Assembly (NCBI RefSeq): GCF_014196765.1
Contig: NZ_JACIEE010000006.1
Span: 140,963-172,962, forward strand
Length of the DNA: 32,000 nucleotides
Source: Mycoplana azooxidifex
GTDB taxonomy: Bacteria; Pseudomonadota; Alphaproteobacteria; Rhizobiales; Rhizobiaceae
Direction: 5' to 3'
This document shows, in pieces, positions 13,490 through 21,559 of this stretch. The translations under genes were made by a program, and so were the position numbers. Position 1 is the stretch's first letter, and each line of letters starts with the position of its first letter. The notes under the pieces were generated by a model, which was given only the letters and a program-made list of their open reading frames with translations, searched no databases and was not told the DNA's origin.

Positions 13490-13570
13490 CACACTCCGAA
13501 ACTTTCTGGTGCCGCCCTGAACTTATCCGTTCTTCGTCAAATGTGAAGCCCGTCCGGCGAAAAATGCGGC

Positions 13571-13963
13571 CTAGCCGTCGTATTTCAGATAAGCGAATCG
13601 CTGATCGGCATTGGGTGTGCCTTCAAGAGCGCCGCCCGCCGTGCCCGGCTGCCATTGTACGACCTCCTCGATCTTCCTGGCGAGTTCGAAGTCCTTGTCG
13701 GTCACGCCCTTTGCGGCGTGGTTCACCAGCAGGACCTCCACCCAGGCATAGGACGCCTTGAGATCGGGATGATGCCAAGCCGCTTCCGCCAGATGCCCGA
13801 CCGTGTTGATGACCATGAGCGTGGACTTCCAGCCGTGCGTCTTGTACTTGCGGCGAATCCAGCCGTTTTCGTAGCGCCAATGCGGCAGTTCCGCCTGCAG
13901 TTTCGACAGGATTTCCTCCTCCGAATAGACGCGTTCGCGCTTGCGTTCCTTCTCCTCGCTCAT
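13571..13963 (-). CDS. Pterin-4a-carbinolamine dehydratase (PCD/DCoH)-like protein
   Basis: PCD signature region (TLMVINTVGHLAEAAWHHPDL...). Start set to ATG 13963 (MSEEKERK...), with GAGGAG 8 nt upstream. The 44-codon ORF-track extension has low third-position GC and would overlap mptG. Confidence 0.8.
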   Translation of the reverse strand: MSEEKERKRERVYSEEEILSKLQAELPHWRYENGWIRRKYKTHGWKSTLMVINTVGHLAEAAWHHPDLKASYAWVEVLLVNHAAKGVTDKDFELARKIEEVVQWQPGTAGGALEGTPNADQRFAYLKYDG

Positions 13964-14075
13964 TGCAGATGCTCCTCTTTCGTTTTTCTCCCGGGTCGTG
14001 CCCAGGCTTGCGCTGGTTGCAAAATAGGTTACCATAACCGTGGGCCCGATAATCAAAAAGTTCAGAAGAGAACCG
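13964..14075. promoter_or_regulatory. Divergent control region between the pcd-like/fhc operon and the mptG operon, with palindrome GGTTAccaTAACC (14027-14039)
   Basis: 112-bp spacer between divergent starts, locally AT-rich. It contains a perfect 5+3+5 palindrome. No promoter hexamers could be assigned with confidence. Confidence 0.4.
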
Positions 14076-15062
14076 ATGTCGGACTCCGTCTCCATTCATG
14101 TTCCTGGACGCTTGCACCTCGGATTTTTGGATATCCCCGGAAAGGCGAGTTCGCGTTTCGGCAGTATCGGTCTGCCTCTCGACGGCATATCGACCAGACT
14201 GGAGATATCGAAGGCGGCCGAAACCAGCGTTCATGGAAACGATAGTGGCCGCATATATGCCTATCTCACGGCACTCCGGTCCCATCTCAATCTTGCCGCC
14301 CATCACCGGGTCACGGTTCTGGACACCATTCCCGCCCATGCCGGGCTGGGATCTGGAACCCAGCTTGCGCTTGCCGTCTCCGCAGCACTTCGGACACTGC
14401 ATAGCCTGCCATTCGACGTGCGCAATGACGCAGCCTTCCTGGGGCGCGGCGGGCGATCGGGAATCGGCATCGCAGCCTTCGACGAAGGCGGTCTCATCTT
14501 CGATGCGGGCAAGGCCCGGGACGATCTGACCCCGACCGTCATTTCCCGCATCCCGTTTCCGGGCGCATGGCGCGCCATCCTCGTTTTCGACAGTCGCACC
14601 CAGGGGATCCACGGCGACGCGGAAATCAAGGCATTCCGCACGCTTGCGCCGTTTGCCGCTGCGCATTCGGCTTCGATCTGCCGCCATGTCCTGATGGAGA
14701 TCATGCCCGCGGTCATCGAGAAGGACATCGCGACTTTTGGCCATGCACTGACGGCCGTTCAGGAGATGCTCGGCGACTATTTTGCCCCGGCTCAAGGCGG
14801 GCGTTTCACCAGCCCGGTGGTGGAAGAAGCGCTCATGCGGCTCGGCGAATGCGGCGCCGTCGGCATCGGACAAAGCTCCTGGGGACCGACAGGGTTTGCC
14901 TTTGCGGAATCGCAGACGGCTGCAGAGCGGATCGTCGCCGACGCAGCGCTGCAGGATACCCAGACCACCATCCGCGTCGTCGCCGCCAGAAACCAGGGGG
15001 CGACGATCATGCGAAAGACCAAACCGCCCGAATTAGAGCTGGCATACAAGAAGAGCCTCTAA
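14076..15062 (+). CDS. mptG: Beta-ribofuranosylaminobenzene 5'-phosphate (RFAP) synthase, H4MPT biosynthesis
   Basis: GHMP-kinase-fold motif PAHAGLGSGTQLALAV and an MptG-like N-terminus (IHVPGRLHLGFLD). ATG 14076 chosen; the ORF-track start at 14040 is GTG. Confidence 0.88.
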   Translation: MSDSVSIHVPGRLHLGFLDIPGKASSRFGSIGLPLDGISTRLEISKAAETSVHGNDSGRIYAYLTALRSHLNLAAHHRVTVLDTIPAHAGLGSGTQLALAVSAALRTLHSLPFDVRNDAAFLGRGGRSGIGIAAFDEGGLIFDAGKARDDLTPTVISRIPFPGAWRAILVFDSRTQGIHGDAEIKAFRTLAPFAAAHSASICRHVLMEIMPAVIEKDIATFGHALTAVQEMLGDYFAPAQGGRFTSPVVEEALMRLGECGAVGIGQSSWGPTGFAFAESQTAAERIVADAALQDTQTTIRVVAARNQGATIMRKTKPPELELAYKKSL

Positions 15063-15180
15063 AGTCGGTCGCGATCGTTCAGAATCGCTCCCGCGCTTTG
15101 GATCTTTGATTTTTTGCGCATGTCGTCGTCACCAAGCCGCAACACACCTTTGCGCGACATGCTTTAGGGAAGGCAAACCA

Positions 15181-16077
15181 ATGAGCCGGAAAACCATTCT
15201 CCATATGCTGACGCCGTTGAAACAGATGAGTCCGTTCGACGTCAACATGGCTCTCGATGCGGGCTATGACCATGTCATCCCCTATACGGAAGTGACACTC
15301 GCCGACGTGACCGGCCTCGTCCAGGACGCGATCTTTTCGCGCCCGCCGGATGCCGGCGTCGCCACCGGCGTCTTCCTTGCCGGACGTGATACGATCCTGG
15401 CACTCGACATGATCGATGCTGCCAGAAAGGCGATGGTGCCGCCTTTCGAGATTTCCGTGTTTGCCGACCCCGCCGGTTCGTTTACGACGGCCGCGGCAAT
15501 GGTTGCCAAGGTCGAAACGGCGCTCGCAAAGCTGCACGATCGCAGCCTTGCCGGTACGAAGGTGACGATCTTCGGGGCGACCGGCGTCGTCGGCTATTGC
15601 ACCGCCGTGATCTCGGCCAAGGAGGGTGCGGAGGTCACGATCGTGGGTCATGACGGGCCAAGCCGCGTCGGGCAGATTGCGGAGGCCGTCAAGGCTCGCT
15701 TCGGCGTCACGGTGAAGGCAGCCGACGGCTCGACGGAAGAGAAAAAGACGGCGTTGCTGACGCAGACCGAGGTGATCCTGGCAGCCGCCAAGGCCGGCGT
15801 GAGGGTGATCTCGGCCGAACAATTGCGCGCGGCGAAGCATCTGCTGGTCGCGGCGGACGTCAATGCCGTGCCGCCGTCGGGTATAGAAGGCCTGACAGCC
15901 AATGCAAAGACCGACAAGCTCGGCGAGACATCGGCGATCGGCATCGGTGCCCTCACCATCGGCAACCTCAAGTACAAGACGCAGTCCGGCCTGTTCAAGC
16001 AGATGATCAGCGCCGAAAAACCGGTCATCTACGATTTTCAGGATGCTTTCGCCCTTGCCCGCAGCATCGAAAAGTAA
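15181..16077 (+). CDS. mtdB: NAD(P)-dependent methylene-H4MPT dehydrogenase
   Basis: 298 aa, MtdA/MtdB-like, with Rossmann motif IFGATGVVG. ATG 15181 is preceded by GGGAAGG. The ORF-track extension is Cys/Arg-rich. Confidence 0.88.
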   Translation: MSRKTILHMLTPLKQMSPFDVNMALDAGYDHVIPYTEVTLADVTGLVQDAIFSRPPDAGVATGVFLAGRDTILALDMIDAARKAMVPPFEISVFADPAGSFTTAAAMVAKVETALAKLHDRSLAGTKVTIFGATGVVGYCTAVISAKEGAEVTIVGHDGPSRVGQIAEAVKARFGVTVKAADGSTEEKKTALLTQTEVILAAAKAGVRVISAEQLRAAKHLLVAADVNAVPPSGIEGLTANAKTDKLGETSAIGIGALTIGNLKYKTQSGLFKQMISAEKPVIYDFQDAFALARSIEK

Positions 16078-17182
16078 CCCCGCCATCCTGATCGCGGCCA
16101 TTTCCGGTCGATCGCTTGCGGCAGCAGCGCGCCGCGCGGGCTACAGGCCGCTGGTCGCCGATCTCTTCGGCGATTCCGACACGGTCGCCCTCGCCGACCG
16201 GACAGCACTGCTTGCCGGCAGCATCAGCGACGGGATCGACAGCGAAAAAGTGGCAGGGATACTGGCGACGCTGGCAGGCGACGAGGAGCCGATAGCACTG
16301 GTCTACGGCTCGGGCTTCGAGCGCCGGCCCGATGTCATCGACACGCTCGGGCGTGTCCTGCCGATCGCCGGAAACAGCGCTGCCACGGTCAGGGCGGTCA
16401 AGGACCCCGCCGCCCTGTCGCAGCTCTGCGATGGCCTCGATATCCCCCATCCGGCGATCCGGTTCTCTGCTCCTGAACGACCGCAGGAGTGGTTGATAAA
16501 GCTTGGCGGCGGGGCCGGCGGATCGCATGTCAGGCCGGCCGCGACGGTGCCGCTTGAAGAAGGCCACTATTATCAGAAGCGCATTCCCGGACGCAGCATC
16601 TCGGCCCTGTTTCTGGCGCAGGACGGTGCTGCCCGCATCATCGGCTTCAGCCGGCAGTGGTCCTCGCCCTCGCCGACATCGCCATTTCGCTATGGCGGCG
16701 CGGTGCGGCTCATGCGCTTCGACCGGAACAAGAAGGTCAAGATCGGCCGCTGGCTCGACGGGTTGGCGCGCCACACCGGGCTCGTCGGCCTTTGCAGCGC
16801 CGATTTCATCGATGGACCGGACGGCCTGCATCTGATCGAGATCAACCCGCGACCGGGCGCCACGCTCGACATCTTCGACAGCGACACGGCACCGCTCCTC
16901 AACGCGCATCTGCGCGCCGTGCGCGGCGAAAAGATCGCCGTGCCGACGTATCGAGGGGCCGCGGCTTCGGCGATCGCCTACACGCCTCACCCTATTGGCC
17001 GTTTCCCCGACATCGAATGGCCGAGCCTGACGGCCGACCATCAAAGCCCGGGTTCCGCGCTCGACGCCGGTGATCCCGTTTGTACCGTCCTGGCGCAAGC
17101 GCGATCGGCCATTGCCGCGGAACGCGCCGTCAAACGTCGTATCACCGAAGTAGCGGAATATTGGAGGGAGGGATTCCAATGA
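16043..17182 (+). CDS. ATP-grasp family protein of the H4MPT/methylofuran cluster (position of M. extorquens orf5; possibly an MfnD-type ligase)
   Basis: ATP-grasp C-terminal core (LIEINPRPGATLD) in the conserved position between mtdB and mch. ATG 16043 overlaps mtdB by 35 nt. TTG 16055 is an alternative start. Confidence 0.75.
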   Translation: MLSPLPAASKSNPAILIAAISGRSLAAAARRAGYRPLVADLFGDSDTVALADRTALLAGSISDGIDSEKVAGILATLAGDEEPIALVYGSGFERRPDVIDTLGRVLPIAGNSAATVRAVKDPAALSQLCDGLDIPHPAIRFSAPERPQEWLIKLGGGAGGSHVRPAATVPLEEGHYYQKRIPGRSISALFLAQDGAARIIGFSRQWSSPSPTSPFRYGGAVRLMRFDRNKKVKIGRWLDGLARHTGLVGLCSADFIDGPDGLHLIEINPRPGATLDIFDSDTAPLLNAHLRAVRGEKIAVPTYRGAAASAIAYTPHPIGRFPDIEWPSLTADHQSPGSALDAGDPVCTVLAQARSAIAAERAVKRRITEVAEYWREGFQ

Positions 17183-18138
17183 ATAACGGAAAGGCTCATC
17201 TCAACAGAAACGCGCAGCGGATCGTCGATCAGATCATTGCAGACGACGAACGATTCGGGATCGCCTATAGCCGCGGGCCGCTGGGCGAACATCTCATCGA
17301 TGCGGGCGCCGCGAGTTCCGGGGGGCTTGAAGTGGGGCTGCGGATGACGGAGATCTGCATGGGCGGTCTCGGCACGGTCTCGATGGCGCTCGATCGCAAC
17401 AACGGAAAATGGCCGCTCAGTGTCGCCGTCCACTCCTCGCAGCCGGTCCTTGCCTGCCTCGCCAGCCAATATGCCGGCTGGCGCCTGACGCACGAGAAAT
17501 ATTTCGCCATGGGCTCCGGGCCGGCGCGCGCGCTCGCGCGCGTGGAACCGCTGTTCGAAGAGATCGCATACAGAGAAACCGATGCCTCGACGTCCGTTCT
17601 TCTGCTGGAGACGGACAAGCCGCCGCCGACTGCCGTCGTGGAGAAAGTGTCGGCGGCGACGGGGCTTTCGCCGGATGCACTGACCTTCATCTACGCCCCG
17701 ACGCAAAGCCTTGCCGGCTGCGTGCAGATCGTCGGCCGCTCGCTGGAGGTCGCCCTTCACAAGGCGCACAGCCTGCATTTCCCGCTGGACAATATCGTCG
17801 ACGGGACCGGGTGCGCGCCGGTTCCGGCTCCCCATCCCGATTTCCTGCAGGCCATGGGACGGACGAATGATGCCATCATCTATGGCGGGCTGGTGCAATT
17901 GTTCGTTCGCGGCAGCGCAGCCGCCGCGCGGGACCTCGCGGAGCAACTGCCGAGCAGCAGGTCGCGCGACTACGGGCAGCCCTTTGCGGAGATCTTCAAG
18001 ACGTTCAAGGGCGACTTCTACGCGATCGACCCGCATCTCTTCAGCCCGGCCGAAGTGATCGTCACGGCGGTCGAGACAGGCGAAACCTTTCGTGCCGGTG
18101 AATGGAACATGCAGATGTTGGAGCAATCCCTTGGCTGA
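17179..18138 (+). CDS. mch: Methenyl-H4MPT cyclohydrolase
   Basis: 319 aa, Mch-like throughout. ATG 17179 forms an ATGA overlap with the upstream stop and follows GGAGGGAGGGA. Confidence 0.93.
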   Translation: MNNGKAHLNRNAQRIVDQIIADDERFGIAYSRGPLGEHLIDAGAASSGGLEVGLRMTEICMGGLGTVSMALDRNNGKWPLSVAVHSSQPVLACLASQYAGWRLTHEKYFAMGSGPARALARVEPLFEEIAYRETDASTSVLLLETDKPPPTAVVEKVSAATGLSPDALTFIYAPTQSLAGCVQIVGRSLEVALHKAHSLHFPLDNIVDGTGCAPVPAPHPDFLQAMGRTNDAIIYGGLVQLFVRGSAAAARDLAEQLPSSRSRDYGQPFAEIFKTFKGDFYAIDPHLFSPAEVIVTAVETGETFRAGEWNMQMLEQSLG

Positions 18139-19063
18139 ACAGGTGCCGACGTCCGACAAGATCCTCATCGTTTCCGACAAGCCGGACAGACAAGTGAAAC
18201 AGTTGCGGCGCTCCTTCCGGGACGGCGGCTGGGAGACGATCTTCTGCCCGCTCGCCGATATCGCCTTCGACACGCGATATCCCTCGGGCATCGCCATCCC
18301 GGACCTCGACGGCGCACTTCCGGCCGGCGTGATCGTCCGGTCCATCTCGGCCGGCACGTTTGAAGCGGTCACGCGGCGCCTCGGCATCCTGCACGCCCTC
18401 ACCCATCTCAAGGTACCGGTCTGGAATTCGGCCAGGGCAATCGAGCGATGCGTCGACAAATCGACCACCACGTTCTTTCTGGCGAATGCCGGGATACCGA
18501 CGCCGCAAACCTTTGCCGTCGAAGGTCCCGACAACGCGAAGGCCATCGTCGAGCGCGAAATATCCCACGGCCCGCTGGTGCTGAAGCCCCTGTTCGGCTC
18601 GCAAGGGCGCGGAATCAGGCTCATTCGCTCGATCGAGGACCTGCCCAATCCCGACGAGATCGACAATGTCTATTATCTGCAGCGGCTTGTGGTGCGGAGC
18701 GGGCCACCCTACCGGGACTACCGGATCTTCGTCAGCAATGGCGAAATCCTCGGCATGATGGAACGCTGCGCCGACGGCTGGATCACCAATATCGCGCGGG
18801 GTGCAAAGGCGAAGCCGGTCACAGGGCCATTGCGCCAGAAGCTCGAGGAACTCGCGCTTGCCGCGACTTCGGCAGTCGGCGCCGATTTCGCGGGCATCGA
18901 CATCGTTCAAGGGTGCGAAGGCAATCTGCTCGTGCTGGAAGTCAACAGCATGCCCGCCTGGACCGGCCTGCAGTCCGTCGTCCCCGTCCGTATCGCCGAT
19001 TGCCTCGCCCGGGCGATGCTCACGCTTGTCGATCCGGACATGAAGGAAAGACCCGCCGCATGA
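18131..19063 (+). CDS. RimK-like ATP-grasp ligase (MptN-type H4MPT:glutamate ligase candidate)
   Basis: RimK motifs (VLKPLFGSQGRGI, EVNSMPAW). The start is uncertain. TTG 18131 has GGAG 7 nt upstream. The ORF-track GTG 18092 has no SD and overlaps mch by 47 nt. Confidence 0.8.
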   Translation: MAEQVPTSDKILIVSDKPDRQVKQLRRSFRDGGWETIFCPLADIAFDTRYPSGIAIPDLDGALPAGVIVRSISAGTFEAVTRRLGILHALTHLKVPVWNSARAIERCVDKSTTTFFLANAGIPTPQTFAVEGPDNAKAIVEREISHGPLVLKPLFGSQGRGIRLIRSIEDLPNPDEIDNVYYLQRLVVRSGPPYRDYRIFVSNGEILGMMERCADGWITNIARGAKAKPVTGPLRQKLEELALAATSAVGADFAGIDIVQGCEGNLLVLEVNSMPAWTGLQSVVPVRIADCLARAMLTLVDPDMKERPAA

Positions 19064-19923
19064 CGCTGACGCGGCAGCAGATCCTGACCGCTTACCTCGA
19101 TGCCTGCCGTGCCGAGATCGACGCCCTGAAACCCGGCAACGTCCACCGCTTTTCTGACGGTCACCGCATGAGCGCGGACCAGTTTCTCGAAAGCGCTGCC
19201 GTCAGCGCGCCGTGGATCTGCGAAGGGGCTGCATCGGTCGGCCGGCGTATCCTTGACGCAGTGAGGGCCACGCGCGAAAAGGTGGGAACGAACACCAATC
19301 TCGGCATTCTCCTGCTATGCGCGCCGCTCGCCAGGGCGGCGGCAGTTGCTGCCACGGATTTTTACGGGGACCTGCTTCGGACACTGAAGGACATGGATGC
19401 GGACGATGCCCGCAATGTCTTTGCCGCCATCCGGCTCGCCAATCCCGGAGGGCTGGATACCGTCGAGGAACACGACGTCAGCCAGGAGCCGACGGTTTCT
19501 CTGATGGAAGCCATGGGCATGGCCGCCGATCGCGACATGATCGCGAGGCAATATACGACCGGTTTTGCGGACATCTTCGCCGACGGCCTGTCGGCGTGGC
19601 AGGAAGCGACCGACCGGGGCGAAGAAGGCATGTGGCCGACGGTCTTCGTCTACCTTCACTTCCTGTCGACATTTCCCGACAGCCATGTCGGGCGCAAATA
19701 CGGCATCGATCTCGCCTGCGAAACCAGAAGCGAGGCGGAGACGATCCGTCAAAAGGTAACGGACGAGGCGAACCTGTCGAGGCGAGAGGCAGTCCTCCTG
19801 GCCTTCGACAAGCGACTGAAGGACAGGGGTATCAATCCGGGGACTTCCGCCGATCTCACGGTTGCTACACTTTTTGTCCGCAGCATCAAGTCCGCCTTGC
19901 ATAACCACGACTTAAATGCTTGA
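19060..19923 (+). CDS. Triphosphoribosyl-dephospho-CoA synthase (CitG/MdcB)-like protein, H4MPT-cluster type
   Basis: 287 aa with a CitG-like GTNTNLGILLL motif. ATG 19060 forms an ATGA overlap with the upstream stop. The 491-aa ORF-track entry is an out-of-frame 5' extension. Confidence 0.8.
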   Translation: MTLTRQQILTAYLDACRAEIDALKPGNVHRFSDGHRMSADQFLESAAVSAPWICEGAASVGRRILDAVRATREKVGTNTNLGILLLCAPLARAAAVAATDFYGDLLRTLKDMDADDARNVFAAIRLANPGGLDTVEEHDVSQEPTVSLMEAMGMAADRDMIARQYTTGFADIFADGLSAWQEATDRGEEGMWPTVFVYLHFLSTFPDSHVGRKYGIDLACETRSEAETIRQKVTDEANLSRREAVLLAFDKRLKDRGINPGTSADLTVATLFVRSIKSALHNHDLNA

Positions 19924-20079
19924 ATTTGGACGGCGAACAAACCACTCGCTGCTATCTGGCCAACCGACCCAGTCAAGGGTGCTGTGAACAAGGATAGCTG
20001 TCCATCGAGCCTCATGTCTCGTGGTACGGCTTCTTTGGACAAAGCATTTTTGACATACGGTACAAGGGAGGAATTGTCC

Positions 20080-20586
20080 GTGGCAAAGATTAGCAAGGTA
20101 ATGGTTGGTGAGTCCCTCGTCGGCGAGGGAAATGAAGTCGCTCATATCGATCTCCTGATCGGACCGCGCGGAAGTGCGGTGGAAACGGCATTCTGCAACG
20201 CTCTCACGAACAACAAGGACGGGTTCACGTCGCTCTTGGCGGTCATCGCACCGAACATGGCGTGCAAGCCCAATACGATCCTGTTCAACAAGGTCACCAT
20301 CAAGGGTGCCAAGCAGGCCGTGCAGATGTTCGGCCCGGCACAGCATGCGGTAGCAAAGGCTGTGCAGGACAGCGTCGCCGAGGGCATCATCCCCGTCGAA
20401 GAGGCCGACGACATCTTCATCTGCGTCGGCGTCTTCATCCACTGGGAAGCCGACGATGACGCCAAGATCCAGGAATACAACTACAAGGCAACGAAGGAAG
20501 CAATCGAACGCGCGGTTACGGGCAAGCCGACCGCCGCCGAAGCAACCGCCCAGCGCGACAAGGTCAAGCACCCTTTCAGCGCCTAG
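20080..20586 (+). CDS. fae: Formaldehyde-activating enzyme
   Basis: Near-colinear with Fae as I recall it from M. extorquens ([32 protein letters not shown] ... HPF). The homolog N-terminus corresponds to GTG 20080, which follows AGGGAGGA at 7 nt. The 32 upstream in-frame codons have only about 50 percent GC3. Confidence 0.93.
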   Translation: MAKISKVMVGESLVGEGNEVAHIDLLIGPRGSAVETAFCNALTNNKDGFTSLLAVIAPNMACKPNTILFNKVTIKGAKQAVQMFGPAQHAVAKAVQDSVAEGIIPVEEADDIFICVGVFIHWEADDDAKIQEYNYKATKEAIERAVTGKPTAAEATAQRDKVKHPFSA

Positions 20587-20828
20587 ACAGGAAGCAATCC
20601 CGCACAGAGCGAGCCCCCCGTGGAAACAGGTGGCCTGTTGCGCCGATTGTCGAGACTTCTAGGCTTCAACGGAACACCGTCGTCCGGCACGAACAGGTGA
20701 CGACGACTGCGTTTCGGCTTCTGGCCGGAAGAGCGGGTGGGGCTCGTGCATGAGCCCTGCCCCAATCGACATACCTTCAGGAAGCTCGGAATTCCGGGAG
20801 AAAGGGCAAGCTCTTCTCCCGATTGGTC

Positions 20829-21530
20829 TTACACGCCCATGAAAGCGGCGATTTCGGCTGCGCCAAGCTCGCCGCTGTGCAACGACGTTGCCACGAGCGC
20901 ACCTGCAATGCCGATGTCGCCCAGCCGTTCCAGATCATTCGCGTTGCGGACCCCGCCGGCGGCGATGATCTCGCGGTCTCCGGCAACCTCTCTGATGGCC
21001 TGCAGGCGCTCGAAGTCGGGACCACGGCGCGCGCCCACCTTGTCGAGGGTCATCACGATCACCCGCTTTGGCCAGAGGCCAGGCTGCGACAGGATGGCCG
21101 GCGGCCCCATCAGGGCGTCGTTGCGAAAATCGAGGGAGAGGATCAGTCTCGGATGCGCCCCGAGCGCTCCCAGAAGGTCGGTATTCGCCTGGCTTTCCGA
21201 GCCGAGAACCACGGATATCTGCGAACTGGCAAGCGCCCGCTCTATATCCCTTGCGCTTCGAAAGCCCGCATCGAGCCAGACCTCGGGCCTTGGCTGCAGG
21301 AAGGTCAGCGCGTCGGCGTTCGCAAGCGGGTCCGAGCCCTTCTCGATGGCATCGAGATCGGCGACGTAGAAGGCCGGGAACGGGTGGATTCGCCGCAATC
21401 CTTTGGCAACGCTCCTGATCGCCGCGGTCGGGCTCAGCGGCGTCTCGATCGGCTTATAGGCATCGCGCAAGCCCATCTGCGCGCGCATCACACGGCCGTC
21501 TTTGACGTCGAGAACTGGAATGATAAGCAA
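20829..21530 (-). CDS. HisA/HisF-like (beta/alpha)8 barrel protein of the H4MPT cluster
   Basis: N-terminus LLIIPVLDVKDGRV and C-terminal IIAAGGV...D are typical of the HisA/HisF barrel. Start placed at TTG 21530 (GAGG 8 nt upstream). GC3 collapses upstream of it. The maximal ORF reaches GTG 21596. Confidence 0.7.
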   Translation of the reverse strand: MLIIPVLDVKDGRVMRAQMGLRDAYKPIETPLSPTAAIRSVAKGLRRIHPFPAFYVADLDAIEKGSDPLANADALTFLQPRPEVWLDAGFRSARDIERALASSQISVVLGSESQANTDLLGALGAHPRLILSLDFRNDALMGPPAILSQPGLWPKRVIVMTLDKVGARRGPDFERLQAIREVAGDREIIAAGGVRNANDLERLGDIGIAGALVATSLHSGELGAAEIAAFMGV

Positions 21531-21559
21531 TGGTCGAACCTCAGCGAAACGATGATCCC

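Noticed and set aside
13964-14095. 44-codon N-terminal extension of the PCD-like gene from ATG 14095, containing a hydrophobic, TM-like segment and an AGGAA upstream
   Set aside because: GC3 of the extension is about 60 percent, against a much higher level in the neighbouring genes. It would overlap the mptG start on the other strand. ATG 13963 has a better SD (GAGGAG).
18448-19923. 491-aa ORF spanning the RimK-like and CitG-like genes
   Set aside because: The first roughly 200 aa are an Arg-rich alternative frame of the RimK-like gene. The CitG-like protein starts at ATG 19060 with an ATGA overlap.
20050-20055. Perfect TTGACA -35 hexamer upstream of fae
   Set aside because: A -10 element at 17-bp spacing would fall on ATTGTC (20073-20078), downstream of the SD and only 2 nt from the start codon. 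It therefore cannot drive an SD-led fae mRNA. It may be coincidental or serve a leaderless or alternative transcript.
19984-20079. ATG-initiated 32-codon extension of fae
   Set aside because: The Fae homolog N-terminus aligns to GTG 20080 with a strong SD. The extension has about 50 percent GC3 and no similarity to anything.
20583-20765. 60-aa minus-strand ORF in the fae downstream gap
   Set aside because: It is Arg/Pro/Ser-rich, overlaps the fae stop, and has no SD and no recognisable motif. It is most likely spurious.
20587-20828. Canonical Rho-independent terminators between the convergent fae and HisA-like genes
   Set aside because: Four short perfect hairpins exist, but none is followed by a U-tract on either strand. 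I report them as structure only, not as called terminators.
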